A DNA stretch of 64,000 nt from Octopus sinensis (Eukaryota). Shown here one piece after another: positions 37,111 to 48,493 of this stretch. Made by a program: the position numbers and the translations under genes. Under the pieces are notes generated by a model. That model saw only the letters and a program-made list of their open reading frames with translations. It was not told where the DNA came from and searched no databases. The stretch is taken from contig NC_042999.1 in the NCBI RefSeq assembly GCF_006345805.1, positions 34,348,001 through 34,412,000 of the forward strand, given 5' to 3'. Every line of letters begins with the position of its first letter. Position 1 is the stretch's first letter.

Positions 37111-37425
37111 TTGATGCATTTCCAAAGTGATTTATTTGACTTAATTTCCGAAGAAGCCATGTAATAAATTAGTACATCTTGAAAAATTCAAGCTGTGTCT
37201 TAAAAGCGGCTGCATTTAAAATCGATATCAGAACAGCAAGGTTTTAATTCTGTGTCAAGTAACACTTCTAATAAATCAATTAGCCTAGTCAAGTTTTACT
37301 CAAGATAATTTCTCTGTTTTTCACTTGTATACATCGTGAAACTCGCATTGTATTGATAGGATTACATTCAGAATTCACGTAAACAATACATGGCCTGTGA
37401 CCATAAGAGAAAGTCTATATGAGAG

Positions 37426-37880
37426 AAGGCGGCGAGCTGGCAGAAACGTTACCACGCCGGGCGAAATGCGTAGCCGTATTTCGTTTGCTGTTACGTTCTG
37501 AGTTCAATTTCCGCCGAGGTCGACTATACCTTTCATTGTTTCGGCGTAGATAAATTAAGTACCAGTTACGCACTGGGGTCGATATAATCGACTTAATCCG
37601 TCTGTCTATCCTTGTTTGTCCGCTCTGTGTTTAGCCCCTTGTGGGTAGTAAAGAAATAAAAATAGAAACGTTAGCACACCGGACGAAATGCGTTGCGGTA
37701 TTTCGTCTGTCGTTACGTTCTGCGTTCAAATTCCGACGAGGTCGACTTTGCCTTTCATCCTTTCGGGGTCGATAAATTAAGTACCAGTTACGCACTGGGG
37801 TCGATGTAATCAACTATATCCCTTTGTCTGTCCTTGTTTGTCCCCTCTATGTTTATCCCCTTGTGGGCAATAAAGAAATA
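37426..37880 (+). mobile_element. Dimeric SINE family 2 with an 18-bp target-site duplication
   Basis: Two units; flanks AGAAAGTCTATATGAGAG (37408-25) and AGAAAGTCCGTATGAGAG (37881-98). Confidence 0.9.
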
Positions 37881-37929
37881 AGAAAGTCCGTATGAGAGAT
37901 CACATACGGTGTTACTAAAATGAATTGTC

Positions 37930-38150
37930 CTAATGAGTAAAGAATCTAAAGCTGATATTGTTCCATTGAACCATTAACCGTTTCTGATAGTCTAGATAAC
38001 GTTTCTCCCTTCGTCGATGTTGATGCGGAGGGGGATGGTGAGCATTACTAATTGCAGCATTCACGTGGAGTTCTCTATGAACAGTTAATACGGGGTTGGT
38101 TAAGGTGGTGGTTGAACTCTGCCGATACTCCTGCTGTTGGAGTTAGATGG
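37930..38150 (-). pseudogene. Possible MULE-type transposase C-terminal remnant
   Basis: Frameshifted EFNHHLNQP..FIE...NAHHPPPHQHRRREKRYLDYQKRL..QWNN resembles the HPN..FI..L..E...PP..R.Y...RL tail of MULE transposases; recognised by eye only. Confidence 0.35.
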
Positions 38151-38173
38151 GTTTTTTTATCTTTTATCTTTTA

Positions 38174-38466
38174 CTAGCAGTATCGCCCGGCGTTGCTCGG
38201 GTTTGTAAGGGAAATAACTATATAAGCATTTTTAGAGAGTTATAGCCAAAAATAGCGAAAATATGCATTAAAATGGAAAAAAATTATGGTAATTTTTTTT
38301 TGTAATCGTAGACTCATCGTAGACGCGCGCTAATACCCAGAAGGGCTCGATATGAATCACGACTATAAGATACCCGGTTTTGGTTAAACTGCACCGCAAA
38401 ATGTGGGAGTAGTTAGAATTTAAATCGTAGGAGACAGACACACAACCTCTCTTTTATATATAAAGA
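38174..38466 (-). mobile_element. Non-autonomous Helitron (293 bp)
   Basis: On minus: A|TC 5' end (TCTTTATATATAAAAG), subterminal hairpin CCCGAGCAACGCCGGG (38186-38201), CTAG|T 3' end. Confidence 0.85.
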
Positions 38467-38580
38467 TTTGTTTCAATCATTTGACTGCGGTCATGCTAGG
38501 CCATCGCCTTGAAAAAATAATTCAGTGGAACGAATCAACCCTGCATGTATTTTTTAAAAAGTTTGGTACTTATTCAATCG
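38467..38580 (-). mobile_element. SINE family 1 3' fragment
   Basis: Reverse complement reads AATAAGTACC...GGCGATGGCCTAGCATGACCGCAGTCAAATGATTGAAAC. Confidence 0.75.
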
Positions 38581-39348
38581 CATAATACCAATTATTATTC
38601 AGTGGAGTTTTGCATTCTTTCCAGAATTGTGATTGCCAGAGCAAGTTTCACCTAGGTTTTGGTATGCCAGCTTGATTTACGTGAAGCTTCCTCTGAAAAC
38701 ATTCAATAATTCAGTCCTTACTGTGGTTGAAACTCTAGCCAAATACTCACCACCCACTTGTTCTCCGTGGAAATCAGATATGTCATGGATTTTCCCTTAT
38801 ATAACTCCAAATTTCCTACCCACAAAAAGACAGGCCAATATCATGGGTACAATACATATATAAAATATATCGGGGAGAGCATTGTCTGGCATGAAATAAA
38901 CAAAAATTTATATAAGACATTCTATTGTAAAAATTGCCAGGCAACAACGGGCTAATCAGCTAGTATACTGATATGTGGGGAAATACGCATACATACGTAT
39001 GAGAACATGTTTATCTATGTCTCTTTTCCTCCAGAGATATGTGTGTGTAAATACAGAACACACATACACTCATACATATATGTATCTATGTATCTATGTA
39101 TCTATGTATCTATGTATGTATGTATGTATGTATATATGTATGTATGCATATATATATATATATACTAATATATTTATATATACACGAAGGCACCACATGA
39201 GCACCTAAAAATAGAAGATAAAAAATTCTTCTGCACCACAGTATTATATTTGTGAACATTCTGTGCTACAGAAGTACTTTTGACCTCTATTTTTGTGCTG
39301 CCTTCGGGTGTATATGTATACATACAAATAAGTAGATATCTTATGTTT

Positions 39349-39401
<53 letters not shown>

Positions 39402-39482
39402 GTATATATCTTATGTTGTGTATCTATATATATATATATACATACACACAGGCACACACACACATACACACACATACACACG

Positions 39483-39565
<83 letters not shown>

Positions 39566-40814
39566 TCGCGTGTCAGTTTTAATTGTTCTTTATTGACTGA
39601 GAGGGTGCTAGTGTTATTTTCGTTTGTATAGTCATGAAATATGTAACTGCGAAAATCTCGACTGCTTTGCATACAGAATTGTAAAACAAAAACATACTTA
39701 TTTTTGACATCCATCATGTCGCCTGTATGATGCATCGTTTACTAAAAATGAATGTTTCCTTCAACGTTTCTACCACTCAATAGTAGGTTTCAAAGACACT
39801 GATTTTCTTTATTCTATGAGATATAGAATATAACACGGCAGTACATGATACGTTCGTTTTAATTCAATAATTGATTCCTGGTAGGATTTAAATAAAACTT
39901 ACAACTATGTATTGGGAGAAATAAACGTTACAATGTAATCTCCACTTCAGTTCTAAGATTAAATACGTGAAACGCACCTGAATTCTGTTTCGAAGTATGA
40001 AAGCGTGATATAGAAATACGTATAATGAATTTCCTTTCAGAGTTGATAGGCAGGTTATTGATAGAGAGAATTAAGATATCTAATTTGGAAATCCGTCTTA
40101 TAATTTAATAAAAGCTTTCTTAAGCAATCATGTAGGAAGGTTCACTGAAGCTAAACAAGATAGTGTATAGCTTAACTAACAAACAGAAAGAGAAGTATGC
40201 GGACATGATATAAATTAGTTATATATGCAATGCAGATTTACTTTCATAACAATTAATCCCAATATCGACATGGCTGACATCTTAAGCTGGCAATAACCAG
40301 TCGTAAATATTGTAATTTTCTATCAATTTGTTGCCGCTTTCTTTGATAAGTTCGAGGCAAAGCATTGCTCTATACTACACTTAAATATCTGCAGTTGAAG
40401 CGCGTCTTCAAATGGCAACATTCTGGTAATTCCTTAGATACGTCATTCTTTTCATTGTTCTACATGTTGACTTAGACGGATAGTTATTTATATAAGTATA
40501 TATAACACCTGAGATTCCATATGCGCTACTTTAGGTTTTCGAAGCAGTTTCTCAGTCAGAACTACCTGAATGATTCCTTTTCCTTACAGAAAGGAGTATG
40601 CAAGGAAAAACTGACCAAGTAGAAAATTTTACTCCATCACAGTGAAACATGAAAAATATGTAGCAGACCACAATATGAAAATTCGTAGTCACTATTATAT
40701 ATAAGACACTATTATATATTAAATATGCATACATACGTATAACAAAATCATAGGCACACACACACACACACACACACACAACACACACAACACACACACA
40801 GATACATACATACA

Positions 40815-41245
40815 CACGTTAAGGTGGTTTGGTCATATGAAGAGCATGGATTGGAGCGGATGGTAAAGACGATGATGAAAGCTGAAGTGGTAGGCAGCAG
40901 AACGGGAGGCACAGCTCGTTTTGTGTACATGGACAGAGTGAGTAAGGCCTTGGTGGTTAGAAGTGTTGGAGTGAGAGAGGGAAGACATTTTATAAATGAT
41001 AGGAAATCTTGGAGAGTGTTTGTGGATGGATGAGTGAACTCTGATGCTGCTCAAAGGGATACGAAACCAGCATGATGCGGCGGTGGTAAAAATAAGTATA
41101 TGCTCTCGGACCCCGCTGCTGATAATGGGGGTTGAGTTGTATGACCTGACCCGGGCAAAGAACGGGGCTCACCCCTTTGAGGTAGGAAATAAATGGAATG
41201 CCTGATGTGTCTTGTTATGACTACCCCTACTGAAAAAATGGGGAA
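40815..41245 (+). mobile_element. RTE-clade LINE 3' end
   Basis: LRWFGHM...MVKTMMKAEVVGSRTGG...YMDRV...DRKSWRVFV* followed by a UTR. Confidence 0.75.
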
Positions 41246-41253
41246 GAGGCCTG

Positions 41254-41321
<68 letters not shown>

Positions 41322-41387
41322 TGTATGTATATATGCATATATGTGTATATATATACATATTATATATATACACACACATATATATAT

Positions 41388-41645
41388 CATCATCATCATC
41401 ATCATCATCGTTTAGCGTCCGTTTTCCATGCTAGCATGGGTTGGACGGTTCAACTTGGGTCTGGGAAGCCAGAATGCTGCACCAGACCCAGTCTGATCTG
41501 GCAAAGTTACTACGGCTGGATGCCCTTCCTAACGCCAACCACTCCATGAGTGTAGTGGGTGCTTTCTACGTGCCAGACGAGTCTGGCAAACGGCCTCGAA
41601 CGGATGGTGCGTTTTACGTGCCACCGGCACGAGGCCAGTCGGGAT
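41388..41645 (-). mobile_element. SINE-like element with RTE-type 3' end and (GAT)n tail
   Basis: Minus strand GGTTGGCGTTAGGAAGGGCATCCAGCCGTAG...CCAACCCATGCTAGCATGGAAAACGGACGCTAAACGATGATGATG. Confidence 0.7.
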
Positions 41646-41744
41646 GCATATACATATATTTATGTATGTATGTATGAATTTATATATATGTGTGTATATG
41701 TGTGTGTGTATACATATATCGTAATGACCAGATAGTTAATGTTC

Positions 41745-42041
41745 TTCGATTCCAACCATCTTTTACGACTTGTGTCCTATGTCAAAAAGCTTGTAAGACA
41801 ATATCTGGATTGAAAAGACATATGCTAGTTCACAAAGACATTCCTTCAGAATCAGATGCCAAAGAGCAAAGATATAGAAAAATATTGAATAACGTCTGTC
41901 TCTTGTGTTTTCAACCCTGACAGTAATCAGGTGGTCCTAAAAGTCATCTAAGGGCTCATTAACGGAGGAATTATACCGTGAGATAGGGTGTTGTGTGTAT
42001 ATTGATGGGATGGGTGTCATATCTCAAGATGAAGCAATCAT

Positions 42042-42045
<4 letters not shown>
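41745..42045 (+). mobile_element. Probable RTE LINE 3' end encoding two C2H2 zinc fingers
   Basis: CVLCQKACKTISGLKRHMLVH (41771-41833), then CLLC...(frameshift) GGPKSHLRAH* ending 41962; no TGEKP linker. Confidence 0.55.
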
Positions 42046-42095
<50 letters not shown>

Positions 42096-42372
42096 GTATG
42101 TATGTGTGTGTGCATTTATATATATGTATATATATATTGTATAAATGATTGTGGGTAAGGCCAAAACAATACGAAGTAAATGCAAAGTAAATCACAAGAA
42201 AACAAATATGTGAATCATACAACTTGCGTTGTATTTAATTTCTTGAAAATGGGTTCGTAACCCCGAAATATCGAATACAAAGTAAGTCTACATTAATTCA
42301 CATATTTGTTTTCTTGTGATTTACCTTGCATTTACTTCGCATTGTTTTGGCCTTACCCACGATTGTTATATA

Positions 42373-42406
<34 letters not shown>

Positions 42407-43501
42407 ATGTGTGTGTATCTATGTATGCATATCTATATCTATATATGTATGCATATATAGTTATGTTCATATGCGTTTCACCGAGTACAAAATTTGGCGT
42501 AATTGGGAAATTGCCACTTCATTGAACATGATTCACACATTTGCAAAAGTCGAAATGCATTAAATACATTCGCATAGGACATGTCTACGGTCTAGCGTTA
42601 CTTGAAAGATACGTATTGCTAGAATTGCTACAATTCCTGTTAATTTGTGGAGAAACGTTGTCTATTCGATTGTAAAAATTCCAATACCTCGCTGGCACTT
42701 ATGTTATCGACATTGTAAGAAGAATTGACCTTGCTGGGATTCGATGTCAGAACTTAAAGATATGCATACCAACCGATTTTGTCGCTCCAATAATCATACT
42801 TATAATCACTTGCTTTTGAACGCCTTTGGGATAACTATTGTCATGAACTCAATTGTGAGCGGTGTATCTTCGACACTATCCCGGAAACGGAAGAGCATTA
42901 GCTTCCACGAGACAAAATTTATCTCCTCCGAATTACTTTGTTTTAATTACCGCAAAACATTTATCGAATTAGACCTACGTCTACCGTCACCAGACAATGG
43001 CACTGTATTTATACAGCAATTTAACGATAGGCGATAATCGAAATGCGTAAAATTTCAATTTAGATATGATTGATACAATTGATACGGGGGCCCCGCATCT
43101 ACTTATTGAATTAACAAAGTGGAATTCCAAAGACAACACATTATTAGAGTGGAGAGCGATGCAGTTTCAATCACTAAAATTGATCAACTGTTTAATTTTG
43201 AAGAGATGTATTGTCTTACATTTTATTGGATTCCCAAAACCGATGTTAAAACCACATTATTCTGGCACACATTATTCTAGAGGAAACGCAAAGCCCACAT
43301 TGACAGATGGCAAATTAATGAATCGTATTGTGCCTACAAATCATCGAACTTACTCCCCCTGATTTTAGGCCATTAGCAGCTAAATTTTCTCCAATCACAT
43401 CGTATCGCCTTAAAATCAAGAATGATATAATGGTCAATGTAATCCCAGATATACAAGAGTGTATTGTATTTTTGGTAAGAAACCTAAGAAGAAATCTTTA
43501 C

Positions 43502-46500
43502 ATGAAAGAGATATTGGCGTCCGTGGTTCGCTTTCAACAGCAAGAGCAGCAACAACAGCTGCTACAGCAGCAGCAACAGCAACCACAATAGCAACAACAA
43601 CACAACCAACACTCACTGGAATTAATGTTGAAGGAGTCTGAAAATACTTCAGGTTCCTACTCGCCAGGCAGCGTAGCAAATTCCATAGAATTCAGCTAAT
43701 ATCCAGAAGTGATTACATTCACCACATATTTTCGACGATACCAAGAAATCTTCGAAAAAGGGGTTAAAAGTTTGTCCAACGAGAGAAAAGTACGACTACT
43801 TTTAGAAAGTTATCTCCTGCCGAACGCGAAAAGTACAGTAACTATATTCTGCCGAAGGAATTAGGTGAAATTTCTTTAGATGAAACAATTTTTTATCGAA
43901 AATTTTCAGTGAAAGAATCTCCTTGTTTAATGTTTAAATCTGGTCAAAAAATGATGATGAATATTTTGTCACATACGCCGGAGTGGTTAACAAAGAACCT
44001 ATGATACTCAAATGAGTTGACGTTTTCAAGTGTTTAATTTTTGTCCAAGGGTTTGCTGTAAGCAAAGATACAGATATACGTTCCCGGATATTAGCAAAAT
44101 TAAAACAGGACCAAAATTTAACTCTGCAGGCAGTAGCAGAAGTTTGTCAGAGGATTATAATTCCATGACGCAGATAAACTTGAAGAGAAAGATTGCTCTC
44201 CTGTTCAAGCGTGTCGACCGGTAACGAACAAATAAATAGAGAAAAATGCCAGGACCGAATTCATATTATGGGCGCGGTCGTCTACATTTTAAAAATAAAT
44301 GTCCGTTTAAAAATATGAAATGCTTGAAGTGTGGTAAAATAGGCCATAAAAAGGTGCATAATAGGACATCCTAAAGTGCGGTTCAGTAGAAACGATCAAG
44401 TAAAGGGGTTATCGGTGACAAAAATATGAATGAGTCTGAAAGGAAATTTGTGATGTAGATGTTAATAACACAAACGTAAAATGACATTTGAATACATGAA
44501 GTGACATCTCGATAATTAGCAGAGATATATGGATAGAAATCTAGAGATCTAAATTATAAGAAACTTCGAAAATTGCCGGTGCTGTTGCAGGAAAAAATAT
44601 TATGTTTTAAGGATGAATTGATAAGACACATTACATTTCGAGGAAAAAACCTTAAAAGCCAAAGTTTTTCTGTTGAACGATACGACAAATTCATTCGGAA
44701 CACACTGGATGGAATTAGCTAACTTATGAGACCTCTCCATGAACATGAATCTTTTCTGAAAAATGTGAATGGCTTTTTCGACAGTACAAATAATTCGTAA
44801 GACGAATTGAAACAATTTTTGCAAAGTTTTTCCTGGTAAGTTATGTTTGTGCACCAAAACGAAGGAGAAGTTTCAAATAAAAGAAAACGTAATACCGACA
44901 TTTAAACAAAAACGAAATGTACCGTTCACAGCGTTAGAACAGATAAACTTAGCGTTAGAGATGAGAAAAAATGGAATATAGTCGATGGGCAGCACCACCT
45001 GTGTACGTTAAGAAAAAGAATAATATAATTAGACTGTGTGGAGATTTTTCCACTGGTTGAAACGAATGTCTTCAAACGTGCCACTATCCGCCAACTACTA
45101 CAGACTATATCGTCGCAAAATTAATGAGCGGCAATATTTTTTTCTAAATTAAGGCGGTGAGCTGGGAGAAACGTTAGCACGCCGGGCGAAAAGTTTAGCG
45201 GTATTTCGTGTCTTTACGTTGTGAGTTCAAATTCCGTCGAGGTCGACTTTGTCTTTCATCCTTTCGGGGTCGATAAATCAAGTACCATTTGCGTACTGAG
45301 GTCAGTCTGATCGACTGGCCACCTCCCCCAAAATTTCGGGCCTTGTGTCTAGAGTAGTTAGAATATATTTTCTAAGTTGGATCTCTTTGACGGGTACCTA
45401 CAAATTAGAGGATGAATGCTTTATATACCTAACGGTGTACACACATAAAGAAATGTATAAATACAACTGGTTACCATTTCGCTTAAAAGGCGCACCAGCT
45501 ATTTTTCAACAGATTATGGATGCAATGTTAGCGGACAGTGAATTCGCAATTCCATATCTGGATGAAATACTCATTAAAAGCGAATCCAGTGTCCAACACG
45601 TAGAGCACGTAAAATATGTGTCCGATAATATTAGCGATTGCGGCTTTACTTTGTGTGAAGAAAGGTGTAAATTTTTCTCACTGAAAATAAGATATTTAGG
45701 ACAATTCATTGACAGAAATGGACGTCGACCAGATCTGTCGAGGGCAAACTCAATTAAAAATTTGCCCCCTGCGACAAATACTGCAACGGTACAAACTTTT
45801 GTGGGGCTGGCAAATTACAAGCAAAATTATATTCCACATATGCATAAGTTGGTGGTTCCACTGAATAATCTGTTGAAAAGAATGTGAGCTGGAACTGGTC
45901 GGAAAATGATCAAAAGGCGTTTGACGAAATTAAGAAAAATATTTACATCAGATATAGGGTATAGGATCAGTATTTCTACATAAATATAGAGATGGTAATA
46001 TGACGGCGTTGCTTCATGCCTCACGTTCTATGATATCTGCAGAAAAAAAGTTACAGCCAATCGAAAAGAGGCTCTAACGATTATTTTTGTCATAAAAAAT
46101 TTAATTCACAAAGTTTTACACGGTAAAAAAATTACAGGGTTTTCGACTACATCGTCTGTTATTATTGAGATATGTTTCGAAGAAAGGAATCCTACACATA
46201 CAACTAATAGGGTACGACTTTATTAAACAATGATTTTAAGATGGAGTGTATAGCACCCACGAAATTAGGTCACGTTGATTGTTTATCAAGACTGATTTTT
46301 AAAAATGTTGAACCAGTTGAAGATGCCGTGATTGCTGCTTTGCGAGCAGAAAATAAAATTACAAATGTTTTGTGTAACATAATACCTGAACTGCCAGTTC
46401 TTTTACAAGACATAAATAAAAATCGGCGAACGGTAATTCATTAAAAAACTGAAAGAAATCCTGAAGGCTAAAACGTTTTTAAAATATGCGCGATACAAAT

Positions 46501-46766
46501 GCGAATTAATTTCTCAATGTGTCACAACTTGATGATGTGCGTACAAAGACTCGTAGTACCAGTCACACTACAAAAGCGATTAGTAAAGGAATTTAACATT
46601 GGTCACCCAGAGATTTCGAGAATGAAATCCTTAATGAGAAGTTATATATATTGGTTAACAACGGACTGTGGCATTGAAGGATAGTATGCAGAAGGTGTGT
46701 ATGCAGTGAAAGTATGCAGAGGGTGTGCCTAAGCTTCAAAAGCACCTACAATTAAATGGAAGTCCC
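43502..46766 (+). mobile_element. Decayed Ty3/Gypsy (Mag-like) gag-pol
   Basis: PolyQ gag start; YFRRYQEIF...KVRLLL; CLIFVQG...IRSRIL; a degenerate double zinc knuckle ending CLKCGKIGH; protease remnant (H)LNT*SDISII; RT (RLCGDF, FSKLDL, LPFRLKGAPAIFQ, YLDEILI); RNase H (IEKEAL, HVDCLSRL); integrase zinc region (GHPEISRMKSLMRSYIYW). No LTR pair identified. Confidence 0.92.
45151..45362 (+). mobile_element. SINE family 2 inserted in the Gypsy RT
   Basis: Interrupts the GNIFSK|LDL motif; both flanks carry ATATTTT..CTAA.TT. Confidence 0.88.
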
Positions 46767-47687
46767 TGTGAGTAAGCAATCCACGGTGAGCCGTTGATTG
46801 AGAGCGTTGAGTCTCGTGTAATATTGATCATATTTTGACGTGTAAATACTTTCTTCCCCCATTGCTTCGTTAAACTATTTATCCAACCCCAGGATATATA
46901 ACAGGGTTATATTTGATAGATCACATAACCTTGATATCAAATAAAACATTGACTTAGTATATTTTGACTGTTCCACACTTTCATTCTCTTCATTTACCAA
47001 TTAACGTTGTTATAGACTTGTGAATAGGTGCAATGTGTTTACGTCTCATCTTGACTGAAGTAAAATGTTATTTTAATTAAAACATTGAGACATGTAGCTC
47101 ATTTACTCCCTGTTCTAACACCTGTTATATTGTCATTTAGTTGATAGTGGCATTCATGTCGCGCTTATTGTTATTGCTGCAGTTAAAGTATCAGTATCAG
47201 AATTTATTGGAATTGCAACTGTCCATTGTGCTTTTTGACTGTGTATTGTTGATGCATTTTTTACTATTGTTAGTGACATCGTTGTTAATATACAATTGAA
47301 CGTTATCTTTCATAATGAGCGTCTGCTACCATTCTCATTAAATCAGTTTCTTTATACCATCCATTTGTCATTGTGAGCGGGGTCGATCCCACATTTCTCT
47401 CTTAATTGTCTAAAACTCTATGTTGACATATAGCTTTCAAAATTTTACTTTGAGCATTTTCTATTTTATTGCTTTACCTCATTACAATACTTACAATAAA
47501 ATGATAATACGCTGTGTCGATCTTTTCAATTTAAATACACAAAGGGAAAATGACCAGAGAAAATTGTTTGCCAATATTCAAAATTAATTTGGTCGACACT
47601 CGTATCGACGCACCGACAAGTCTTCTTTTATTCTCACTCTGCTACTAGTTAAGATGCTAGATATAAAGAAGATACTAGTATTTACAA

Positions 47688-48493
47688 CTAGCAGCATAGC
47701 CCGGCGTTGCCCGGGTATGTAAGAGTCCCTAGTAGGCAACGACTAATCCCAATCTAGTCCTTTCCCTTTAGGGAACGAAGGCGCATGTGTAGGTTGCAAT
47801 TTCTTCTCTTCACTCCCAAATAACTACCAAACAGCTATCGATAATTCAACCCAACCAATTCCTAACAGGAAGAAAGTACATTCGAGACTTTACCCCCAAC
47901 ACCGCCACTTCTGCTAATAGCTGCTGCAGCCTCAAGTTATTCGAATCCATTTTTGTTTACACTTTCTTTATAACTACCATCCCAAACGTTTTACCTTAAG
48001 TTTTTGATGTACCCTAAGGGTCCTCGGACGCTACTTGCAAACTCTTGGTTTATTATCAACCGCTTTTGTCGTGTGCACCAAAAAACCTTTTTCATTCGTT
48101 TGTTCAGTTTGGTCACTTTTGACTTTTTCGTTGTTGTCACTCACATTGCTGCCCGCTTTTTTGCCGTTTTTGTACATTTTTATACATTTTGGGATACTTA
48201 CCCGACGTGTTCCGAGAGTTAAAAAGGTCGAGTTGCGTCCCCTAGACGGTCTGTAGAATATGTGTTGCATATAAAAATCTTAGATTCTCGACCCATGTCG
48301 AATTTATCGATTTGTTTTCAGAACTGGGGGAACTTTTCAAAATTTTCGCTGCGTTAGTTTTGAATTATGACATTGGGTTATGTGTGTGTCAAGTTTCATC
48401 AGAATCGGTTGAAAGCCATGGTCAGGGTGAGGGTACAACCTGACAGACACACAGACACACAGACAGACAAACTGCCGTTTATATATAGAGAGA
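47688..48493 (-). mobile_element. Non-autonomous Helitron (806 bp)
   Basis: A|TC 5' end, (ACAG)n near the 5' end, hairpin CCCGGCGTTGCCCGGG (47700-15 on +), CTAG|T 3' end; terminal 37 bp nearly identical to the 38174 copy. Confidence 0.87.

Noticed and set aside
38900-38964. Helitron-like 3' end (...GGCAACAACGGG...CTAGT); similar at 26650-26674
   Set aside because: The hairpin is degenerate and no matching TC 5' end was located.
46767-47686. TG...CA segment as a solo LTR interrupting the Gypsy integrase
   Set aside because: No target-site duplication (GTCCC versus ATACT) and no second copy in the window.
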